This document shows positions 36,089 to 44,627 of a stretch of 64,000 nucleotides of DNA, piece by piece. Location: the IMG/VR virus record IMGVR_UViG_3300045740_000163, positions 1 to 64,000 of that record, one strand, 5' to 3'. The stretch comes from a virus. Positions within the stretch are counted from its first letter, which is position 1. Every line of letters starts with the position of its first letter. A program made the translations under genes and the position numbers. The notes beneath the pieces are model-generated. The model was not told the DNA's origin and did no database searches. It saw only the letters and a program-made list of their open reading frames with translations.

Positions 36089-36490
36089 TCTTTCACACAA
36101 CACTGCGCAATCGCTACCTGCAGCATTAACAACGTGCTCGACGTTAATGATCTCTGCTCTAATCTTTATGACTACTTGACTAACCACGAAGACGAGATCC
36201 CCGAAGCTCTGCAGGATTGTGCTTCCTTCGAAGAGTTTGCTGATCAAGTCTCAAACTATGTAGAACTTGTCGGCGACAAGCTCACAGTGACAATGGACAC
36301 GGAAGAGATCAATAGCGACAACGAGATCTTTGACTTCATCACTGATCACTACGCTTGCCTGATGACAAGTAAGTTTATGAAGATCGTGTGGACTTCATAC
36401 GATAGTCGCGCAGGTATCTCTGCTGATTGCACTTACTACGACAACAGCAACAAACTAATCGACATCGAAGCGATCCTCAATGCCCGCTGA
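36086..36490 (+). CDS. very acidic early protein
   Basis: 134 aa, Asp/Glu-rich. Confidence 0.65.
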   Translation: MSFTQHCAIATCSINNVLDVNDLCSNLYDYLTNHEDEIPEALQDCASFEEFADQVSNYVELVGDKLTVTMDTEEINSDNEIFDFITDHYACLMTSKFMKIVWTSYDSRAGISADCTYYDNSNKLIDIEAILNAR

Positions 36491-36509
36491 AGCGGGGCCG
36501 ACTCACACA
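36483..36509 (+). repeat. early-region intergenic repeat, copy 3
   Basis: CCCGCTGAAGCGGGGCCGACTCACACA; the upstream TGA stop lies in the loop. Confidence 0.75.
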
Positions 36510-36514
36510 GAGCC

Positions 36515-36542
36515 TTGACTGTTCCGACAGGCATGGTATAGT
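36515..36542 (+). promoter_or_regulatory. sigma70-type early promoter
   Basis: TTGACT-16nt-TATAGT with an extended TGn. Confidence 0.75.
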
Positions 36543-36591
36543 GTGAGGGCCTCTCTTCTCATCACATCTTCTACGGTCATCATTTCGCATC

Positions 36592-36816
36592 ATGGCAAAT
36601 CACATCCCTTACGATCTTTACACCTTGAGCTGGCACTCTCTTGCGTATCACTCTCTCGCTCGCTTTAAGCAAATCGTGCGGAACGATTGCACGATTCCCG
36701 CAGATGTAATCGAACAGATCGAAGACAACATCATCCCCGCACTTGAGTATCTCGAAGGGTGGGAACCTACAGATGACATGATTCAAGCTCACATCGACTC
36801 ACACGGGATGATCTGA
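36592..36816 (+). CDS. small early hypothetical protein
   Basis: first ORF after the promoter. Confidence 0.6.
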   Translation: MANHIPYDLYTLSWHSLAYHSLARFKQIVRNDCTIPADVIEQIEDNIIPALEYLEGWEPTDDMIQAHIDSHGMI

Positions 36817-37019
36817 TGATTCAAATTGTCGTTGACGATGAGTATGGCGCACCGTTCGCCATTGATACCTTCCTAACCATTGAGGATGCTCGTCACGCTC
36901 TAAATGAGCTGGAGTGCTCTCTTGAAGATTGCATGACACCAGCGCGTGCGCATCGCTTAATGCAGGCAATCGACCAGCTTAAACAATCCATTGCAGACCA
37001 TGAAGATGGTGACGATTAA
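36816..37019 (+). CDS. small early hypothetical protein
   Basis: coupled ORF. Confidence 0.55.
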   Translation: MIQIVVDDEYGAPFAIDTFLTIEDARHALNELECSLEDCMTPARAHRLMQAIDQLKQSIADHEDGDD

Positions 37020-37371
37020 CACCAACGAAGGTGCTTTCAAGATCCCTACTAAATGGATGGGAGAAGCCTTAGCTGTCCACCGCCCGGTTGTTGGTTTCGG
37101 TGGCAAACTCAGCAAGGAGAAATGCACCTGGACAATCACTCACATTGAGTCAGGGATGACTGCCGGCAGGTATAACGGCCCCATGCAAGAAGCAATCAAA
37201 CTAGCTAAAGCTTGGGATCTCACGTTCAGAGATGAACTACCTGGCCCGGATCCTGATGCGAAAGCTTGGATACGTAAAGACCAATGGCTAAATCAAATCC
37301 GCAAATTCAGTCCAATCGCTTCACCTAATTCGTTTGAGGCTGTGGTGAACCACTACACAAGCGATGATTAA
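37000..37371 (+). CDS. early hypothetical protein
   Basis: LAVHRP...WTITHI.SG motif of small phage proteins; start uncertain. Confidence 0.6.
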   Translation: MKMVTINTNEGAFKIPTKWMGEALAVHRPVVGFGGKLSKEKCTWTITHIESGMTAGRYNGPMQEAIKLAKAWDLTFRDELPGPDPDAKAWIRKDQWLNQIRKFSPIASPNSFEAVVNHYTSDD

Positions 37372-37497
37372 CTTCTTCTGCTCAACAATTACCTGTGTAC
37401 AAATGTACACCGGAGTATCACCAACTTATACACAAACACCAAACAACTACTCAGCAGTTACCCAATCAAGCGTTATTACTTGTACTAAATCAGGCCC

Positions 37498-37809
37498 TCA
37501 ATACGCCTGCTCAAGTGCACGAAGCGCTTCATCAAGCGCATCTTCAGGAGCTCGGCCAACCATAGACGGCTTCCTTGACTGGTAGCCGACATAAATAGAG
37601 GGATCCATACCAGCAGATCCTCTGAAGATCAGCGGCGAATCAGCTCGCTGAATCTCTACCTCACCACGCGGAGTTATCGTGATCCTGCCGGTTTCATCCT
37701 GAAGCATCCCTTTCAGCAAGAGATTCTTCAGAGCTTCTCCTTCAGGAGGTAAGGTAACTTCCCCAGCCTTACGGACAAACTCACCGATTAACTGATTACT
37801 TACGTCCAC
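37498..37809 (-). CDS. hypothetical protein in inverted orientation
   Basis: 103-aa ORF that fills the gap on the opposite strand. Confidence 0.5.
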   Translation of the reverse strand: MDVSNQLIGEFVRKAGEVTLPPEGEALKNLLLKGMLQDETGRITITPRGEVEIQRADSPLIFRGSAGMDPSIYVGYQSRKPSMVGRAPEDALDEALRALEQAY

Positions 37810-37841
37810 TTAAAAACGCCAACCTCTCAACAGTTTACGTC

Positions 37842-38207
37842 ATGAGAACCATCGAAAAGAAGATGCTCAGCGCAATCATCGAGCGAAAGAATTTCAGCTT
37901 GGATAACACTCGCGTTGATTGCATTTATCTCCCACATCCTGCGGACTCTGAAGATCGAATCATCGACCGCTGCAATGTTTATCTGCACGGCAATCTGATT
38001 GCCACGGTGACTCCTGACGACGTAACAGTAAACAACTGTGGGTGGCGGACTAATACAACTAAGTCTCGCCTGCACGTTATCTTGCGTGAGTTCTGCGGTG
38101 CCTGTGTATCACAAACTAATTTCGAGTGGTTTCTGACTACGCAAAGCGATGTCATCCACATGATGGACAAACAGGATTACACTGTTAGCCGCGTTCCAAT
38201 GCACTGA
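37842..38207 (+). CDS. conserved phage early protein
   Basis: MR.IEK.M..AI...NTRV...VYLHGNLIA...GW.T.TTKSRL pattern. Confidence 0.75.
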   Translation: MRTIEKKMLSAIIERKNFSLDNTRVDCIYLPHPADSEDRIIDRCNVYLHGNLIATVTPDDVTVNNCGWRTNTTKSRLHVILREFCGACVSQTNFEWFLTTQSDVIHMMDKQDYTVSRVPMH

Positions 38208-38461
38208 TGCCTCTGCCTAATCTGCGAACTAACCAACGTAACCTTATACGTTTGGTAGCACAACACGAACACCGCTATCCTGACGAACCTTGCTACCTCG
38301 GCAAAGTCACAGCAAGTAGGCAGAACGTCTTTCTAAAAGCTGTTGCTTCACTGGAAGAACGGAAACTTGTGGAAATCGACCGCACAAGTAACAACTTCAG
38401 AGCCTGGACAATTAAGCTTCTAGTTCCTCTCGAAGATGTAATCCCTCAGTCTCTCAACTAA
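38207..38461 (+). CDS. small winged-helix-like protein
   Basis: AVASLEERKLVEI pattern. Confidence 0.5.
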   Translation: MPLPNLRTNQRNLIRLVAQHEHRYPDEPCYLGKVTASRQNVFLKAVASLEERKLVEIDRTSNNFRAWTIKLLVPLEDVIPQSLN

Positions 38462-38463
38462 CC

Positions 38464-38742
38464 ATGAAACTCCTTACTTCCTTACTCCTTACTTCTTTCG
38501 CTTCCCTTCTTATCGCCACGCCGGCTAAAGCTCAGTGGGCGATGACTTGCACTCGTGAGTACAACAGCTCAGTAAATCTTCGTACTCAACCATCAACACG
38601 AGCAACAGTAATTGCTTCGATCCCAAACGAAAGCTACCTGCGTGCACTTACGTGGGTGTGGGGCGGAGACAAACTGCGCTGGTGGAAGGTTGAGTACAAC
38701 GGCCTAGTTGGCTGGATGCGCAGCGATTACCTCTGCAGATAA
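38464..38742 (+). CDS. secreted SH3b-domain protein
   Basis: signal peptide ending AKA; VNLR.QPS...VIASI...WWKVEYNG.VGWM..DYL. Confidence 0.85.
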   Translation: MKLLTSLLLTSFASLLIATPAKAQWAMTCTREYNSSVNLRTQPSTRATVIASIPNESYLRALTWVWGGDKLRWWKVEYNGLVGWMRSDYLCR

Positions 38743-38764
38743 ACAACCAAACTCATCAACGATT

Positions 38765-39184
38765 ATGTTTCGCAAACTAGGTTGGGTAGCTGTAGGCGTA
38801 GGCGCCTTCTTCGTTGCCTCTATTTGTGTGAGTCTCGGGGGCATGGTCATCTCGGCTTTGATACCCGGAGCTTCTAAAGACGAGCCAGGCAAGCTAGAGG
38901 CAGACCCACAACAGCAATCTAAAGCTGAGTGGCTCCAACAACTAGAAGGGGGTGGCCCAGCTAAGACTCAAGAGACTAAGACCGAAACTCAACAGAAGAC
39001 AACATCAGAACCAACTCAACAACCAGCACCGGAGGTAGCGGCTGATTCAGCTCCCATGTTTCAACCAGCTAATACGGCTCCTGCTTCAGCTCCCCCAGCA
39101 CCTAAGGTAGGACCGGGCAACTTTGACTCACCCTCACCCTACCAAGCTCCTCCAGTTATCCAGTCAGGCCCTGGCAACATGTAA
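38765..39184 (+). CDS. membrane-anchored Pro-rich protein
   Basis: N-terminal TM segment and disordered tail. Confidence 0.6.
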   Translation: MFRKLGWVAVGVGAFFVASICVSLGGMVISALIPGASKDEPGKLEADPQQQSKAEWLQQLEGGGPAKTQETKTETQQKTTSEPTQQPAPEVAADSAPMFQPANTAPASAPPAPKVGPGNFDSPSPYQAPPVIQSGPGNM

Positions 39185-39191
39185 CTAACTG

Positions 39192-39935
39192 ATGAACCTC
39201 AAAATGTACGCTTTAGTTGGCACCGTCAGTGGTCTCGCGCTGGCGCTAGGTGTTCACCACGGGCAACAGTTTTTCAAATCGAGAGCAGAAGTCAGCGAGT
39301 ATCACCAACAGATGATGCTTGCAACAGAACAACCCTTAGAGTTGGGCGACAACCCAGCTCGAATCTATCCCGATGGTGGGCTACCTCTGGATGCTACACC
39401 TGAGCCAGGTTATGAAAGCGAGCCAGGATCATTACGCCCGTCCATACAGTTCACAGATCAACCTCCGCCGCTTCCTCCACTATCTAACACACCGTTCCTC
39501 GTTCTTAAGAAATCAGCGCAAACGATCAAAGCAACTAAAGATCCTATTTGGACGCTCCAACTGATCAGTAAGGATGGCACTGTCCTAGATAGCCTTCAGG
39601 CTGTGACGGGTAGAGCGTCCCGACAAGCAGTTAGTCGTCACGTCTCAGGTACAAAAGCACCTTTACCTGTAGGAACTTATCGGATCGACCGAGCTGGGAT
39701 CGAGCGAGGCCCCTTCAGTGACCCTGAACTAGGTCGCGGCTACTGGATTCCCATCACTCCCCTGTTTTCCACGGGGCGATCTGATCTTGGCTTTCACGTT
39801 GACCCCTCATGGGGCAAGCTAAACGGAGAGTCAGGAACCAGCGGGTGCATCGGCCTTGAGAACGTTGATGCGACAGTGAAACTGGTTACCTGGATCAAGC
39901 ACTTCAACGTATCTAAACTGATTGTTCAATCATGA
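39192..39935 (+). CDS. L,D-transpeptidase (YkuD) family protein
   Basis: N-terminal TM segment; PLP.GTY.I and catalytic GFH...GTSGCI motif. Confidence 0.8.
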   Translation: MNLKMYALVGTVSGLALALGVHHGQQFFKSRAEVSEYHQQMMLATEQPLELGDNPARIYPDGGLPLDATPEPGYESEPGSLRPSIQFTDQPPPLPPLSNTPFLVLKKSAQTIKATKDPIWTLQLISKDGTVLDSLQAVTGRASRQAVSRHVSGTKAPLPVGTYRIDRAGIERGPFSDPELGRGYWIPITPLFSTGRSDLGFHVDPSWGKLNGESGTSGCIGLENVDATVKLVTWIKHFNVSKLIVQS

Positions 39936-40093
39936 CACGCAGCATTTACAAGAAGTTTCAAATCCTTGCTCTGACTTTCTCAGCATCAGTTCTTCTGAGT
40001 GCAGTAATGCGCGGAGGTACTGTTTCTAAAAGTCACTCCATGCAGTGCCCTGTAGCACCCAATGGTAAGCTCTACCTAGCTCCGGGGTGCTAG
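39932..40093 (+). CDS. small exported/membrane peptide (53 aa, not in ORF track)
   Basis: ATGA-coupled; hydrophobic core; two Cys. Confidence 0.5.
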   Translation: MTRSIYKKFQILALTFSASVLLSAVMRGGTVSKSHSMQCPVAPNGKLYLAPGC

Positions 40094-40286
40094 TGACATC
40101 ACCAATCACAGTTGTATTGCATTCACAGATTAGCAACAAACACATCACCTATACGAACTTAAGTCCCTCCGCTCTGCTCGCTCTAGTCAAGGGAAGCAAA
40201 AGCAAACAAGCCAAAGAGTTAGCAAACCGACTCATCCCTGTCTTGGAAGATCTCGCCAAGTAGACTTTCCTCTTACTTCTCCCTCC

Positions 40287-40409
40287 ATGAAGCTTCTTAC
40301 CGATCTCATTCTGATCTCATTCAGCGTCATCTGTTTAAGCTCTGTGGCTGCCCACGCGCATCACAACGGTCATCACCCTGAAATCACCCAAGACCAATGT
40401 CAGAAGTAA
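40287..40409 (+). CDS. small exported His-rich peptide (40 aa, not in ORF track)
   Basis: MKLLTDLILISFSVICLSSVAAHA-HHNGHHPE... Confidence 0.45.
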   Translation: MKLLTDLILISFSVICLSSVAAHAHHNGHHPEITQDQCQK

Positions 40410-40594
40410 GCTTCACTAAAGACGAGATCCTCACTCTCCGTCGCGCCCTCAACGCACTAGTCACTCGGCAAGAACTCAACTTGCTGTCGGCTTCGGAACC
40501 TATGAAGCGAGAGATCAGGGAGACTCTCTCGAACTTACATGATCTTGACATTAAATTACTACAGCTAAAACCTCAATGCTCTCACGCGTTATAG
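40397..40594 (+). CDS. small helical protein
   Basis: in-line ORF. Confidence 0.5.
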   Translation: MSEVSFTKDEILTLRRALNALVTRQELNLLSASEPMKREIRETLSNLHDLDIKLLQLKPQCSHAL

Positions 40595-40890
40595 AACCCT
40601 TCGCTCGTTACAATCCACGCGAAGTTTCCTGTACTACATTTCTTATCTTTCTTGCTGTCGGGGAGTCTCACGAGGGACTCCTTCAGACAGACCTAGCTCG
40701 CAAGCTCAACATCCCGAAGTCAAGCGTTAGTCGAAACTGTAGCTTGTTGGATACACAAACTCAGAAGGGTGAACCTGGCATGGGCCTGGTGACCCGAGAG
40801 CCCTGGCACGCAGACCAAAGAGTCAAGCTTGTAAAACTTACAGCTAAAGGTCGTGAATTGTTTGATGAAATTCACAGCCGCTTAGGTTAA
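40576..40890 (+). CDS. MarR-like winged-helix regulator
   Basis: QTDLARKL.IPKSSVSRN...D.RVKLVKLTAKG. Confidence 0.85.
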   Translation: MLSRVIEPFARYNPREVSCTTFLIFLAVGESHEGLLQTDLARKLNIPKSSVSRNCSLLDTQTQKGEPGMGLVTREPWHADQRVKLVKLTAKGRELFDEIHSRLG

Positions 40891-40905
40891 TCTCACTGGA
40901 GTCTC

Positions 40906-41430
40906 TTGATGTCTGTGGTCTTACCTGACTGGCGGATCAAATCTCTATGCGAAGAAGGGATGATCACTCCCTTTGATCCCACGCTGGTCAACCCAGCAAG
41001 TTTAGATGTGACTCTCGGCACTAACCTTTACGTCGAGACGGAGAAAGGTGGGCTCCTGCCTAAGGACATCTCGGAGAACACGAGAAATAACCCTTATCTC
41101 CTGATGCCTAATGAGTTTGTCTTAGCTGAGACGTCGGAAGTATTTAACATCCCTGACTTCATTAGCGCACAGTTTGTGCTTAAGTCTTCTCTCGCTCGCG
41201 CAGGCTTGGAACATCTTCTTGCCGGCTACATCGATCCAGGCTTTCACGATTCTGTTTTAACTCTTGAGTTCAAGAACGCTAAACAATTCAGTCCCTTTCC
41301 GATGTGGCCCGGTATGCGCTGTGGTCAGATCGTGTTCACTGAGATGACTGATGTTCCTCAAGCTAGCTACAGGTACACTGGTCGATACAATCATGATGCA
41401 AAGGTAAGCAGATCGAAAGGTATTCTGTAA
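40906..41430 (+). CDS. dcd: dCTP deaminase
   Basis: PASLDVTL, KSSLARAG, AGYIDPGF..VLTLE, Y.GRY. Confidence 0.92.
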   Translation: MMSVVLPDWRIKSLCEEGMITPFDPTLVNPASLDVTLGTNLYVETEKGGLLPKDISENTRNNPYLLMPNEFVLAETSEVFNIPDFISAQFVLKSSLARAGLEHLLAGYIDPGFHDSVLTLEFKNAKQFSPFPMWPGMRCGQIVFTEMTDVPQASYRYTGRYNHDAKVSRSKGIL

Positions 41431-41596
41431 CTCACTGGATCTCATACGAGATCCTTTGAGTCTTAGGTGAGAAAGATAAAAGTATTTAAGTGTGTCTAAG
41501 TTTGTTGCTAATCTTACTTATAGAAAAAGTTTTCTTATTAAGAAAAGTTGCACTTACTAGCTCAGGGTATGCACAGGATAAATACCTGGAGAGGGG

Positions 41597-41625
41597 TTGA
41601 CACTGTGCTTTGAACGATGTACATT
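41597..41625 (+). promoter_or_regulatory. sigma70-type promoter
   Basis: TTGACA-17nt-TACATT downstream of an AT-rich tract. Confidence 0.75.
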
Positions 41626-41682
41626 GCTCTGCATGGGCGGCACCGGCCCCAAACGTGGTGCGGAACCATCGCATAACATCAC

Positions 41683-42108
41683 ATGACTAAGATCACTACA
41701 CAAGCTTTAGTTAATCAAGGACGCATCAGTGCTGAGCGTTATGACTCCTGCGACACAGCTTTAACTGAGTTGAATGACAGCTTTGGCGTCGAGTACGAAG
41801 CATCAAAAAGCAACCTGAACTCGATGCTTTGGCAGGCAGACACAAACGAGATTGATCTCTCAGTATTCCAAGGAGAAGATTCTCTTTTTAAGTTTCCTGA
41901 GTTCAAAACCAACATCGTGGTGAGGATTGATCGCATCCCCACGCCGCATCAAAAGATCGACAAGCTCGATGACAAGATCGCTGATCTAGAGCTCAAGCTC
42001 AAGCTTGCCAAGGCTGAGCGCAAGGCACTGATCGAGCAGCTAATTCTCAAGGGTCAGGTCGATCTTCTGACTGACAAAATCACCGCCGTCTTCCGTCGCC
42101 TCAAGTGA
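41683..42108 (+). CDS. coiled-coil hypothetical protein
   Basis: first gene of the DUF3150/AAA/vWA operon. Confidence 0.65.
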   Translation: MTKITTQALVNQGRISAERYDSCDTALTELNDSFGVEYEASKSNLNSMLWQADTNEIDLSVFQGEDSLFKFPEFKTNIVVRIDRIPTPHQKIDKLDDKIADLELKLKLAKAERKALIEQLILKGQVDLLTDKITAVFRRLK

Positions 42109-43322
42109 TCATGAACACCGACAAGATCTTTTTGCTTCACTGCTCTGTTAGTGCTTCAGTTCGGCAGAGCACGCAGATCAAGATGGCTGATCTTCAGCTG
42201 CCAAACTCTGTGATCGACGTTCTTGAGAAGCAGCAATCCGTTTCTGTGCGGCCCACTCTTTCAGGCAAACTAAAAGATTTCCTGAACCTGCTGCGTATAG
42301 AACAACGGAAGTTGTATGACGAATGCACAATCCATAATGGTGATGTGCACTTCCTCCACGAGGATTACTTTGAGGAAGCTATGGAGCGCATCGCCAAGAT
42401 TCGTTCTGATGCCAACTCTTACAACGAGCAACTCAATGAACTGTGGTTGCAGGAATACACTAGGTGGAGCAACACTGTTGAAGGATTTCTTGAGCCTCTC
42501 TTCCGTGATGACCCTGAAGGTTTCAAGCTGGCGAAGGAAGCTTATTTAACTATCTTTCCTACCAAGCAGGAGTTTGAGAATCCGATTCAGGTGTTCGTGG
42601 TCGGGCCGAATCCTGTAAGCATGGTTGTCTCTGAGAGCAAAGAAGAGCACTCAATCTCATCTGCGATCCAAGAAGCTGCGATCTTCAACACCACGCAAGT
42701 GTTGGAAGCTGCTCGTGAAAGCGCAGCCGATCGAGCACTAGCTAAAGCGGCCGAGCTTATTGATGATCTCGATGTTCGTGTGTCCAGCAAGGTGGGTGAA
42801 CGTCAGACCGGCGGCACCAAGCGCCGAGGATCTTGGCAGATCACTGCAGAAACTTTGCAGCTAATCACCAGACACTGCCCTGGCTTTGAGAATCTCTCAA
42901 AGCTATCAGACGATCTACTTGAGGTTGGTGTACGTCTTCAATCCGAATCCGCCAAGATAAAGAATCAGGCGTTTAAGGATTACACGGACATCAAGGCAGA
43001 GATCCGGAGTGAGCTACAAGCAATTGTAGACTCGCGAAGTTCTTCTAATGGCTTGGAGTCTCTTAAAAGATCCTTGGCACTCTCGGGCACGTACCGAGAT
43101 TTGCTTGGCAAGATCACCAGCGCTGAAAACCAGGAGCAGCTCGATGAGCTTTACCACGAGCTTCAGATTGAAAAAGATGTGTATCACCAGCGAGCCAAGC
43201 ACCTACAAACGTTGTTCGATCAGCGTCTTGAACTTGTTAAAGCTCAAGCCGTGGGCCTGGACGACTTGATTGATGAAGTTAAATCAATTGAAGCGGAGAC
43301 TACGGATGACCTTGACTTCTAG
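42105..43322 (+). CDS. DUF3150-like helical protein
   Basis: long helical ORF upstream of MoxR/vWA; family call rests on context and general layout. Confidence 0.5.
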   Translation: MIMNTDKIFLLHCSVSASVRQSTQIKMADLQLPNSVIDVLEKQQSVSVRPTLSGKLKDFLNLLRIEQRKLYDECTIHNGDVHFLHEDYFEEAMERIAKIRSDANSYNEQLNELWLQEYTRWSNTVEGFLEPLFRDDPEGFKLAKEAYLTIFPTKQEFENPIQVFVVGPNPVSMVVSESKEEHSISSAIQEAAIFNTTQVLEAARESAADRALAKAAELIDDLDVRVSSKVGERQTGGTKRRGSWQITAETLQLITRHCPGFENLSKLSDDLLEVGVRLQSESAKIKNQAFKDYTDIKAEIRSELQAIVDSRSSSNGLESLKRSLALSGTYRDLLGKITSAENQEQLDELYHELQIEKDVYHQRAKHLQTLFDQRLELVKAQAVGLDDLIDEVKSIEAETTDDLDF

Positions 43323-43442
43323 ATTCAGTCTTAAAGATCTTGTTTTTCTACGCGTCAACAACAGTCTAAGTAAAGGCTATAGATCTCGAAAACGAGATCG
43401 TTTAAAGAAACTACTCAACTGCATCTTCACTATCTTCGACTA

Positions 43443-44627
43443 ATGAACGACAAACTTTTTGCTCAGCTTCAGAACTTTCGCTCCAGCCTCAACACTGTTT
43501 TTCTTGAGCGTGAAGATGTCATTGATGGGTTGCTCGCTTCCCTGATCACCAAGCAGAATAGTTTTCTGTTTGGTATGCCTGGTACCGGTAAGTCTGAACT
43601 GGTGCGAGCAGTATCAAATGGTTTTAAAGGATCACACTTCTTTGGCTATTTACTTTCACCCACAACAGATCCCTCTGAGCTGTTCGGTCCAGTCGCAGTC
43701 TCCAAACTGCTGAAAGATGAATACGTTCGTGATGTCAAAGGGTATCTCCCAAGCGCCAACATCGCATTCCTTGACGAGCTGTTTCGTGGCAGCTCAGCTG
43801 TTCTCAATTCACTGCTTACGATTCTCAACGAACGTACTTTTAACAACGGACGGGATGTCATTGAGACCCCGATCCAATCCATCGTTGCTGCAACTAATAG
43901 CTTTCCTCAAGAAGAATCACTTCAAGCTTTCTGCGACCGATTCCTCTTCAGGCCCACAGTGGATCTTCTAAAGAAACCAGCTTCCAAACGCCAGCTTGAT
44001 GCGTGGGCTCTTGGTATTAAGGAACGCCCAACCGCAACGTCAGAACTCACCTTCGAAGATTTACAAACTCTCCAGCAGGAAGTTACATCTGTCCAAGCAA
44101 GCGATGAGTTTCTCGATTCGTTTACTCAGGTAATTGATCTACTCGCAACCAGAGGTATCACCATTAGTGATCGCCGTCGCGTTCAGATTCTGAAGTTCTT
44201 GCGAGGCTGGGCGATCGTACAAGGTGATGAAGAGCTGTACCCGGAACATCTTCATCGTTCTCTTGTTCACATCGTTTATCAAACGACAGACGATGTACAG
44301 TCCATCAAGGATGTGTTAGAGCAAGTAGTACCTACTGCTGAAAAACTTCTTGAAAGTATCAAGCGGGCTCACAACGGAATCCTTACGGAATACCACGCCG
44401 TCCACGCTCAAGAATCTAAGAGTGTAGATGATCTGAATCGTCTTGTAGGGAAGCTCCGCAAGATGCACCGAGACCTTGATACTTTAAATAACAAGCTGGA
44501 TAACATTCTCGAATCTGGTCAGTACAGAATCTCAGCTCACGCTCGACAGACAGCAACCAAACTCGCTCAAGCAATTGAGTCGTCATCACAATCAGTAGCT
44601 AGCTCTATCTCAAACATCTCCTCATGA
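43443..44627 (+). CDS. MoxR/RavA-type AAA+ ATPase
   Basis: GMPGTGKS, ELFGP, FLDE, LNSLLTILNER, DRF. Confidence 0.92.
   Translation: MNDKLFAQLQNFRSSLNTVFLEREDVIDGLLASLITKQNSFLFGMPGTGKSELVRAVSNGFKGSHFFGYLLSPTTDPSELFGPVAVSKLLKDEYVRDVKGYLPSANIAFLDELFRGSSAVLNSLLTILNERTFNNGRDVIETPIQSIVAATNSFPQEESLQAFCDRFLFRPTVDLLKKPASKRQLDAWALGIKERPTATSELTFEDLQTLQQEVTSVQASDEFLDSFTQVIDLLATRGITISDRRRVQILKFLRGWAIVQGDEELYPEHLHRSLVHIVYQTTDDVQSIKDVLEQVVPTAEKLLESIKRAHNGILTEYHAVHAQESKSVDDLNRLVGKLRKMHRDLDTLNNKLDNILESGQYRISAHARQTATKLAQAIESSSQSVASSISNISS

Noticed and set aside
34527-36509. Integron attC sites or a CRISPR array
   Set aside because: ACCTAAC fits RYYYAAC but there is no matching GTTRRRY arm and no integrase; copies are separated by whole genes, not constant-length spacers; no cas genes
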